Origin: Ptychomitrium polyphyllum
Lineage: Eukaryota
Direction: 5' to 3'
Assembly: GCA_973851085.1 (NCBI GenBank)
Contig: OZ316776.1
Location: forward strand, 6,014,001-6,078,000
DNA: 64,000 bases
How positions within the stretch are numbered: the stretch's first letter is position 1; the number at the start of each line of letters is the position of its first letter. The notes under the pieces are model-generated. The model searched no databases. It was not told where the DNA came from and saw nothing but the letters and a program-made list of their open reading frames with translations. The position numbers and the translations under genes were made by a program. Positions 53,422 through 64,000 of the stretch are shown in pieces.

Positions 53422-55728
53422 CTATGTCTCTTTGGGCTTAACAGCCAACGCCTTCTTACGTTGTCGAATCATATGCGAATACATCCCTGGGCTCCCTGCA
53501 GGAGCTCACATAACCAATAAATTGCGTCAAAAAGAGCCTCTCTTTGCGAGATATTAGTATCAAAAAATTGACAGGAGAGAATCAGCTCAATGCTTATGGG
53601 TTTACCTGGAATATAAGCGAAGATGGCCAATACTGATGCGTAGTAATAATCGAAGCCAAAGTTCAGCTTATTTGGCATCTGGAGTGAATAAAGACCAGTT
53701 TTCTGTGCACAGGGCATGTGGCATGATTGTTAGTGCCAGTTAACAGTAAATACTCGCACTCATTTGTCATAATCTGGCTGGATGATTGATCCTCTGAACA
53801 ATAAGTTTGTAGGCAATTAGCCATGTGAATTGAATGTATGACCAGGCAACATAGATCTTACTCGCATGAATGGCAGAGCAACATATATCAGACCGGCTTC
53901 GCTGCAGATGCCAGTTGGGTACAAAATGTAGAAAGTGGTATACCTGCAAGAACAATACTTATGAATAGCTAGAAGGGACTTCATAGATAATATGAAGTAT
54001 GTTACTTTTTCGTTATCAAAAATGGAGCATTTAAAATCAAAGAACTTGCAACATAAAGGATTTCAGATAGGACTTACTGCATCAAAATATTTAGAGGGTT
54101 TAAAGAGTAAGTGCAGACCAATAGCAAATTTAGCGAATCTGCAATCGATGAGATAAGCCAGACCTGAGCCAGAGGAGGAACCGAGGTGCTGAACCGAAAA
54201 CCTCTTTTAACCCAAAGAACGAGTACCGAATAACCTATTGGTAATGGGACCACGAGGATTGTCAGCAAGAAATAATTTCAGGAAGAGTGTAAGGAAATAG
54301 ATGGTAACTAATGCGATGAAGTCGATTACAGTGAAGGATCTGATCAGATTCTCACTTCCGTGATAGCCCAACTGAGGATCAACGAAGTCACCAACCAATG
54401 ATCCCTCACCTGCAATGTGGTGCCGAAGGTTAGAAGTGCAGCCAATTATCGTGCTCATAAGACATGGATTATGACGCATGTATGTAATTAGATTGCCAGT
54501 TCAGAAACATACTCCCACTATGCAAGAACCTTGCCGTTGATTGAACAGTAACAACTGTGTAAATTTTTGAGTGGCATTCAGTGCTTACAGAGACCCACTA
54601 CAGAAGTTAATGGTCTTGGAACATGTCCCAAAATCGATCCTGTTGTTAAAGTTGGCAATAGACATGAAAATGAGTAGCCAAGGATAAGTTGACCTTACTT
54701 CAGGGAAACTGAAAAGAACGCCCCAAGTGATGAAGACGCGTGATGCGATCTGCGGCAGCGTGGCCATGACTGGAGACCTTGTGATGCCTGCTCCAGACGT
54801 GGAGGGGAAGAATTATGAGCAAATCAAGCATGAGGAATAGGATGAAGTTATAAGACCATTAAAAATGAGAGAAACATAGAGTTTGATGAGTAGGAGGAAA
54901 ACAGATTGTACCTACAATACTGTTGAAAATCTGGAAACCCAGGTCCAAAATTCAATAACACTTGTCAGTATAATATCTGGTAAGTACCCGACACGACTAG
55001 AATCCTACCCAGCATCGGGATCCACTGCAAGCATGCGGAAGATGGCATAACTACTCCAACATCAAGTTTCCTACTACATGAAATTAATCTGCATTGAAAA
55101 ACTACCAACAATCTGCCAAAGTGGGAGGAAAACCTCAAACAATGCAGCTGTCTGCCATATCTGGAGAGGCTTCTCGACAGCATCGTATACTCCCGGGATG
55201 CCTTTCGTATACAAGGCGAACACAGCAGAGTACAAAATCTGTGACCTGCACAACACAAAAGAAACAGAGAGAAAGCATTATTTCAACCCCACTTCCGTGC
55301 CACCAATCTCTGTGTTCAAGCTCTAAAGCCGAGAAAACTTCCATCTCTTTCCGAACCCAAGCAAACCACCCACTCATAAACTCCCCTCACCTCCCCAGCA
55401 CATTCCACTCCTCGTCCGCTCCGCCAAGGCATCCACAATCTCTACCATACTCATTCAACCCAAAAGAAGGGACAAACCTCACCATCCTTCACCGCATCAA
55501 CAAAAGAACCCTCACGTTGCCATCTCACAAAGCTCTCTCCTTTCTCTCAACTGCATCATCACTCGCCCCATTGATGATGATGATGTTCTCCAACACCAAC
55601 AAGGACAAGCACAACTCATCCCACAGGAACGATCAAAACTCCAACTTTGGAAGGAGGGTAGCTTGAGCTCACCATCCTGCAAAGAGCAGCCAGTTGTAGA
55701 CCGCGAGGTAAGCACGCACGGCGCCCAT
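53422..55728 (-). CDS. PAS2: Very-long-chain 3-hydroxyacyl-CoA dehydratase (PASTICCINO2/HACD)
   Basis: Nine exons: MGAVRAYLAVYNWLLFAGW, QTAALFE, IFNSIVG (19-nt exon), RSPVMATLPQIASR, SWAITE|VIRYSFF, WLR|YTTFYILYPTGICSE (catalytic Y..E), QMPNKLNF, PGMYSHMIRQRKKAL. Confidence 0.93.
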
Positions 55729-58700
55729 GGCTGCTTCAAGGAGGGCAGAACGCAGACAAAGAGAGCACAAGCAAGAGTGAGGCCACCGTCGTGCTGCAAA
55801 GGTCCAAGTTTTGCTTGTGTGGAAGAAATTGCAAGAGCCGTTCCGACGGCCGTGTGAAAAGGAGTTCGAGTGGGGCCCACAGTGTACCCGGCCCCTTATT
55901 CAATGGGTGGGTGGGGGCAGGGCCAGAGTTAAGTTCACGACCCTGAAGGTCATTCGAGCATTTATATAAAGGACTTATAAAAGGGTTATTAATGGATGGA
56001 TTTCCTTACTTTCTGGTTGAGCAAGGTTATGACAATGGAATTGTACTTTTGAATTGTTTCTTTTTGATGGAATTATTTCTTTGAGAGAAGGTGTTTAAAA
56101 AAGTCACCGAAGAATGTTCTGAACGAACATGGTTTTTCAGATTGAAATTTATTGATGTGGATCATATTCTCATATGTGAATAGAAATTGTGTATTTTTTA
56201 TGGTACATGCAAAAATAGTGTCTAAAAGAATTCTTGTGAAGATATAACAATGATGTGGTATGTTGGATTGGAAAATTTTATTAACCTCACAATCTTTTGA
56301 CATGCAAAGAACAACTATGAATTTTTTGAATACAAAAAGATTCACTTTTTGTACATCCATTCATATAGCACCAATTTGATTTTAATTAGATCTATAGAAT
56401 ATATGCATATATTAATTATAGAATGTAATAATGAAAGATGAATGAAATCTATCCATATAAATTCTATCAATTACAATATCCATTAAAAATATGATTTAAG
56501 CTAAATTCACAATTTTTAATAAAGTGTTCAATTCAAGTATCATTAGCCATTCTTCAACATTCAAAGATTTTTTGAAATTCATCATTCATGAATTTAAGGT
56601 TTATGATTTAGGTTTTATTTTGGAAAGCAAATCCAAATTATGAAATAAAACTTTGCTACTTTCAAGTTTATATGAAACTTACTCATTTGAACTAGAATTA
56701 GAAGCCAAGACTCAAATAAGATGAAGTTGTGTTTCCATGAATTTGGCGGTTTAGAATATGTTAACAACTTTGAATTAATAAATATATTGTTTTAACTACA
56801 TATTTTGATATATCCCACCATAAAAAAATCCATGTATGATTTTTTTTAATAATAGCAAGAATTCACCCTAAATCTAGAAAATTGAAAATGAATAAAAAAA
56901 ACTCTTGTTTGATAATTTGACACATACAATCCTACAATCTCTAATTGCACAAGATTCTAATAGTAGAATTATTCTTATAAGAGATGCAATTATAATATAA
57001 TATGTTCAAAATATGATTGAATCATGAATATAGAAATTTACGCCATAAGCCAAATCAAAATATCTTCATCATCATTAGTGAAAGCAAAGTAAAAATTATT
57101 TCGTAAAACTTTGCTGATATCACAACCAAGCTCCACACGTGAGTTAAACCTTTTTAAGTTTTCATTTCCTTTAACTTTTCCGGAAAACAGGAACATGTAA
57201 ATGTGCACAAAGGTTCTAGTGGAAGTACACAAAAGAACATGGTAGTCGTTATTTCTTTTTGAGGCAGATTGACAGTGGGATGCTCTTAGGACACTCTAAG
57301 AGAAGAAACTACACTAAGAAATGGATGCAACTTCCTAAAGTTGTGCTCTAAAACCAACGCTGCAAGCTGCACAATCTGTCACGGTTTTCACACCCTGCAT
57401 GCTTCCATAACGTATCGAGACCGTTGGTCAGAATGCGTGGATGCACCAGTTAACTATGATATTGAAATCTGCTAACAGAACACCACAGTGATTAGTATAC
57501 GTAGCAATGATCCTATAACTACCGTAGTAATGATATAACTTTGTGAGTTCAGGTCACACAAGAAGTGAAGCTGGAGTGGAGTCGAAGTGGGAAGCGTGAT
57601 CATCAACTGTGGTATGAAACAGTGAACTGTTTCGTATCACCTCTGGGCTCATTTCTACTGCGGTGATTGGATTAAGTGATAGTAGGCTCCCCTATTGCTT
57701 GGCCACTAAAATGACAACCTTGCTTAGCAAGGTTAATCAACAGACTTCTTCACCCGAATGTTGTTAAATGGACGTGCTGCTTAAGATTCAGTTAAGTTTC
57801 TGATTGAAACAGGTTGTCAAGTTGCCCTTTGTGCAGTGCCTGTTCTGCGAAAGTGGCTGAGTGGAGAGGTCGAAGTCAGAGTGTTGGAAGCACACGACGT
57901 GCTCTAGTTGCTTCCTTTGGACTATCGTGGTTCTCCTTTGGACTACCTGATCAAATTAATGTTTGTCAGTCCTCGTCAGTCCATATACTCATGGTTCTTG
58001 TATTTTGCAGCAAGTACGTTTCATCTGGCGGATTTACTGAGGGATTATGCAGTGAGGACGATCCGATTTGAGTCCAATAGTGATTTTTAGTCCAATTTTT
58101 AGTCGGTCTCAGAGGCTGTGTAGTTCATCACCCTCTGGCGCCTTCTTTATTTGCTGTCTTCGATGCACGCCTGGGTTACCAGTAGGCCCATTCTGTACTT
58201 CTACTTTCATGGCTTGGAGCTTATGTTAATCTTTTGCCTTTCGCCTTCTGTAGTAGCGACAGTAGCAGCAGAAACAGTCCAGCATGCAGTGAAGAACATG
58301 GGGAGCAGTGGAGAGAGCAATGACATGCAGACATATTTGGGAACATCATCTACATGTGATTGTCGCATATATGTAGAGCACATTATCAGACGAGTTAACA
58401 CAGCTTGTGTTTGGAAGGGGACCTCTTGCTAAAATCTTTGACCTATGTGCTCACTCCTCAGCATGGTCCACAATGTCAAGATTACCGGATTTGAGACAAG
58501 TAAGCTATGAATGGCATTTGAAGCTCTTTGGATTTGTGGCGCTGTCAAATAGGAATGATGAGCTGGCGATAGGTAATAAGTTTAACCGGTGCAATGGTAA
58601 AAGACCGCCTGTTTGTGCTATATGAGTGCCCATGGGATGGTCCTAAAGAGATGAAAGTTCCAGAGTGTACATGGCAAAGTAGCACATCTGACTTCACGAT

Positions 58701-59938
58701 TATCAAAACTATCATTTTCAAATGCGTCTTAAGAATTCAGTGGGGTTTTGTAAATTGTTTCTATCTAGACTGAGTGCAGCAAAAGCAAAGCATTTATCGT
58801 TTCTAATTCCCTGAGTAGCTTCCATTAGTATGTGAGATTTTTCGTGGTTCTATAAGATGGGTACAAGTTCATGCAATTTGCAAGCCATGCTTTCAATGTT
58901 TTGGTAACTTTGGCAAAATGACCATTAACGTAGTAGACTTGAAATACTTAATTTGCAGCCTTAGGGTGTGTGCTTCTAGCAGCTCTCGTCACTGAAGATA
59001 GACAGAGCATTTGCAAAATAAGTGCACTGTGGTTACCCAGTAGGCAAAAGTCATCTATTTTATACAAAAACCTGGCAGTCATTTGAGGCTTTGGATGAAT
59101 ATCCTCGATATTATATGCTCTATTCGCAAAATGAGGTTTACTAAGCTCTTCATGGAAGAGTCTGTTAACAAACTCTCCTGTTGACAAACTCTCCTGTTGA
59201 CAACTTCTTGGAGTCTGAGCTCCCATGTGTTCGACCACTGCCGGAAAACTGGTTCTAGCACAAGGCAGTTTTGATTCGATTGCAGCAAGCGGTCACCTAT
59301 CCTTGAAGGCTTTGTTGATTTAGGAGTATATCGCTCAATCAATGGTGCGTTGCTTAGGATGAGCCAGGCGCTGCATGAATTGGTGAATAGTTGGGAGGAA
59401 TTCGAAGAACTAGAAACGATGTTGAGATTGGAGTGTGCTGCTACGGTTGACCATAATGATTCCAAAGGAGATGGTGGGAAAGCAGGTGTTAAACATCGAA
59501 GCGTCACCAGAGATCCAGAAGCTGCTGCTGGTGAGATCCAGTACCAATAAACACTTAAATAAGCAAGGTGCTGGCTGTAAATAAAAACAACAGGAGTTCC
59601 AGAGTTGCTTTGATAAACTATGGACACAAAGACATAGTGGAACTGCAGTTAGCTGAATGTCACTAGTAGCTGAGTTGAATAAGGATGCCACAAAAGTTGA
59701 GTCTTAAAAACATCAAACAGTACATGCTGACTTACTGAGAAGGGTTAAGGTTTATGATTATCCAATCGAGCTTGCCTTGACAGGGGCTTAAAACATAAGA
59801 GCGAAAGTAGGCTAAAATAGTACAATGATGCCGATTGATAATTGTCAATCTACCTTTCTGGCCGCCACAGAACCTCCAACAGGTTCAATCATGGTTTTAA
59901 ATCAGCCTATATATCAAGAGGGCTGAACAGTCGGCAGT

Positions 59939-61854
59939 TCACCAATTTGAACGGAAGAGCTCCAGATTAAGGTCAGGACGTTCAGATTGGTCGCTCTCTG
60001 TGACTGCATTTGCAATAGTTACACATTTTGTCATTATCATAAAGTACAGAATGATTTGGAAGACTATATAGCATAGAAGACTATGGAGCTTATGCATCGT
60101 TAATGCCGAAGGACCTAGCTCGTGGCATTAATGGCTTAGTTCTCAATTCAAGGACGGCATTGGACAAAAAGCACTGGCACCGCTGGAATGATCACACTGA
60201 ACCTTGGGAAATATGGACAGAACAATGGATCACAAACACAAGACTACAGACTGGTTGATTACCTGCTGGCTTAACCATTTTGATCTGCTGATCCCAATCC
60301 TCGAGTGTCTAGAACACACGCAACAAAAGAAGTCAATCGCAAATGAAATCATCAAAACCAAAAGCAAAATTACTAATGGTATTTGATTTTATCACTTTAA
60401 GAACCAATAAGCACTTAATATCCATCGGTTCTTTCTGGTTTCCCTTGTCTTGCAAATAATTGAGGGAAACAATGTGAAAGCGTTTCAGAATTCATGGGCT
60501 GGACCTGGAGCCTGGAGGAGGCGAGTATACATGGCAGGATGCCGAGGATGTGATGCCAACGCCCAACAAGTAGAGGGAGCTAAGCGAGACACTTAAGACA
60601 CCCTCGAAAACCAACATCCACAGCTTTGCGATGCCTGAGATAGAGTACAGCTCTCTAGTGAACAATTATGGACTTGACGTGTTGTCTAACATAACGAACG
60701 ATTTGGAAACTACCGGCATCACCATTAGGTTCCACGATGGAGAGATGCCTTCGTCTAGTGTAGGAAGCAACATATTCCGAACCTTGAAGAAAGGGATGCT
60801 GATCAGAGGAAGGAGTAATATGATGCTGGTCAATCCAGCCAACACATGAACTCAAAGGCAAACCACGACATCCCTCAAGGAATAAAGTACGAATATGACC
60901 ATCTATGTGACTCCAACCAGCCAAAAGGCACACCGAGCCTCGTACCTTCACAAATGCTGAGTAGATTGGATCGTCTGCGTCGCTACTCACGGGGAGGCCG
61001 GCCCGGGTTCGCAATTGACATAACAACGTTCTGTTTTTCACCAGAGTAGTTCTAGCACGGTCTATAAGATCCTGCACAGTACAAGCAACGCCCGTTACAA
61101 AGCTTAAACTCAAATTATCAGTCTGATGGTTGCCATGACTTTACATTCCCCTATGGCAAGAAATAGATAATTGGAACATCTCAGAGAGTACAATGTTTGG
61201 TATATCTAACAGAACAAGAAGAAAACAGACACTACTGCATTCGGTAGTTGCTGCATTTACCTGTTTGGCAGCCAAAAGCTTGTCGCATTCCTCTCTGAGC
61301 AGCGGAAGCTCGTCCTGCAATCTTTTCGTGCGAGCACGCAACTTAAGAGGATTTGCCTATCCGCATGAAAACCAAGTAAAAGAAATGTCAAGAGATTTCT
61401 CGTAAAAACCACAATTGACAAGCCTAACATGAGCCAGGATGAAAACCTGCTTACATTTCCCGGGTAAGTAGTTTGAAACTCATTCTCCAACTTGTCATGA
61501 ACCATCTGCAGATTAGACCCATGAAAGAGAAAACGTCAGAACTTTAATCAAATAAACTTCTAATTAGATAATCGCAGTCTGAGATGAGTGTGCATTTCAC
61601 AAGTAGCCTCACTCTCAAACGTCCTCTTCAGAAACAGAATAGCACTAAGCTGCTTCACAAAATGCAAGGTAGACAACCACGTCCCTGCACCACTCCACAT
61701 GTGCAAACTAGAGCACATCCTCTTCGTGGTCAAACTCCAAATGAGAGAGAATCGAACTAACCTGTAGAAGAGCATCCGTCTTCGCAAAATGCGAATCCAA
61801 CGACTTACCCGCGCCCTGGAAACTATTCTCTGAACTACCAAATCCTATCTCCAT
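59939..61854 (-). CDS. SKA2: Spindle and kinetochore-associated protein 2 (SKA2/FAM33A-like)
   Basis: Six exons give MEIGFGSS...DSHFAKTDALLQ|MVHDKLENEFQTTYPGN|ANPLKLRARTKRLQDELPLLREECDKLLAAKQ|DLIDRARTTLVKNR...DDPIYSAFVK|TLEDWDQQIK...|...DLNLELFRSNW*, matching the plant SKA2 pattern. Confidence 0.85.
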
Positions 61855-62342
61855 CTCTCCACTCTCTCTCACAACACCATAAACCTAAATCCGAATCAAA
61901 TCATCCCACATCAACTCCAAAACCTCCAAAGGACGTTCTCAAACACCAATCTCCACTTTCTCTTAGCAGCAAGCAATCACAATAGCCCAATTCCCTTCTC
62001 GGCTCCGAAACTCAAACCCAATCTTCGAAACGAGTTCAAACCCTGCAATCTCTATAAATCTCTTCGCAAACTTCCAGTTGTGCGAGTTCTCTGAAACTCC
62101 GTAGGTGCCAAGTGGTCATAGGCTGCAAGTATGTAAAACCGCGCTGCGTGGTCCGGAAGTGAGAGTTTTCGGTGGTCGTCGAGGGGAACTGATTGGTGCT
62201 TCCGACATTTCTGGTATATGGGAACGTCGAATGGTTTGAGATTCGGAGATGAAGCGAAGAGAGAGTTGTTGGGAATCGAAGTTATTTTTCCAAAATCTTG
62301 AGGTTCTGGAATTGGCCTAGGGTTGCAGAGGATTGGGGAGCG
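61855..62342. promoter_or_regulatory. Short intergenic region between divergent SKA2 and NDUFA9; probable shared promoter
   Basis: The two start codons are 488 bp apart, head to head. Confidence 0.6.
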
Positions 62343-64000
62343 ATGGCGGGTGTCCTGGTCAGGAAGGTGGGGACGCAGTCTGCCTCCGGCGGAGCGCGCG
62401 CCTGGGCTGTGGGATTGCAGCAGCAGGAGGGGCAGTTTTTTGGCGATCAGGGGGATCTGGGTTTTGGAAATGGTGGGGTGCGGTACTCGTCGTCGTTGGC
62501 GGTGTCAGGGAGTCACCGGCCTGTGAAGCGGGGCACGGGCGGGAGATCGTCTGTGAGGTGAAGAGAATTTCATTTGTGTTGATGTTAGATTTCCTTTCTT
62601 TCTTTCTTTTGGTTTTGGTTCGGTGTTTTTGGTGCTGAGCAGCGGATCCTGGTTTCCGTCGTGGATTTGGAGATGGAGCGATGGCGATATGTCACAGCTG
62701 AGACAATGCTGGTGGGGTTATTGCAGTGGTGTCGTTGCGACAGTGTTTGGTGCTACTGGGTTTCTAGGGCGTTATGTGGTTCAGCAACTCGGTACGTTGA
62801 TTTCTGGGTTTAGCTTTGACCGAGTTTCGAAATTGCTTGACCCTAGGGTTTATGGTTCGATGCAAAGCGCTGAACTTACTGAAAAAACTTCAGGCAAAGA
62901 GGTTGTTAAAATTGCAGAACGGGCAAAACTTGGATCATCACGTGAGGCTAATGTGGTGTTGTTTGGCAGCAAGGATGGGTTCTCAAGTCATGGTGCCTTA
63001 TAGAGGCGTGGACGAGGAATGGAGGCATTTGAAGCTTATGGGAGACCTTGGACAGGTGCTGTGTTGAAATTTAGCTAAATGGGGTCATGCTCTGAATAAT
63101 CAACATGCCGTGTGAAATCATTTAAAGTTGGATGCTCGTGCTTTGTTGTGATTGTTTGCACGCGGAATGTTTGTGCCACCAAACGAGGACCGAGTGGTCA
63201 TAAGTTCTAATCCAACTGGGGTTGCCTTTGCTTTGGTGGAGAATTCATCAGATTGTGCCCATGAAGTACGATGCAAGAGACGAGGACTCTATCAAAGCAG
63301 TTATTGCTAACTCCAACGTCATAGTGAATTGTATTGGTACGAAAGTTTTCAGTTCACCTTTGGTTGAAGAACGTTCATCAAATTCTGTGACAAGGGAGTG
63401 CTCAGTTATCAACCAGCTGATTGTTCTAAACGGATGTCCTGATTAGCATTCCGTCTTCCCCCTGAGTGTCAAAGTCTCATTCTGTAATAATTGGTATAAC
63501 TACAGGAAAGGAATACGAGACACGTAATTTCAGTTTTGAGGATGTCAATTACGGAATCTCCAATCGCATCTCAAAGGTAGCGCTCACATACCACTTATGG
63601 TTTACGCGTATGCTTAGAAGTTTTGGGCGTTGTCAGGGCTTGTTAATTGATTTTGCAATTGTGGAATGTAGCGTCCGGTAATGTTTGCAATATTTACAAA
63701 ATCATTTTTAAACCAGAGAATCGATGGGTCACTGCAGTACGGAATAGAATTCGTAATTCATTGAAGGTACACGAAGTGAAGTGGCTGATTAAGTTTGGTA
63801 TGTGGCAGTTGGCTAAGGAGCATGGTGGCATTCTGAAGTACGTTCAAATGTCGTGTCTGGCTGCAGCCCCACATTCTCCATCAAGGCTTCTCCGTTCTAA
63901 GCATGCTGCTGAAGAAGCAGTTTTGCAGAACTTTCCTGAGGTATGGCCTTCACGTCTACCTTCATACAGTGTATTCGTTGTTGCAGATGTGTGATCATTA
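62343..64000 (+). CDS. NDUFA9: Mitochondrial complex I 39-kDa subunit (NDUFA9); runs off the window end
   Basis: Presequence, KRGTGGRSSVS|GVVATVFGATGFLGRYVV, GSQVMVPYRG, HLKLMGDLGQ, G|KEYETRNFSFEDVN, SRLLRSKHAAEEAV. Confidence 0.96.

Overview
Intron-rich eukaryotic DNA from a land plant, most likely a moss (inferred from gene structure and protein style, not checked against a database). There are 13 spliced protein-coding genes: DDM1-like SNF2 remodeller (truncated at the left edge), AVT6-type amino acid transporter, organellar RadA, plastid sigma-70 factor, GDSL lipase, palmitoyl-protein thioesterase, an orphan 191-aa protein, GGCT/AIG2-like protein, PP2C, trihelix/Myb-SANT protein, PAS2/HACD, SKA2 and NDUFA9 (truncated at the right edge). 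An AT-rich transposon graveyard at about 3.5-15 kb holds two adjacent ~1.15-kb solo LTRs, a decayed FCP1/HAD-like frame and a transposase-like relic. The least explained features are (i) a nested inverted repeat with a perfect 31-bp core over the sigma factor promoter/5' leader and (ii) a 41-43 kb locus where a tRNA-Trp-derived sequence with a CTG anticodon precedes an orphan gene with a HEPN-like R-x4-H motif. Exon boundaries were read by eye and need RNA-seq confirmation.
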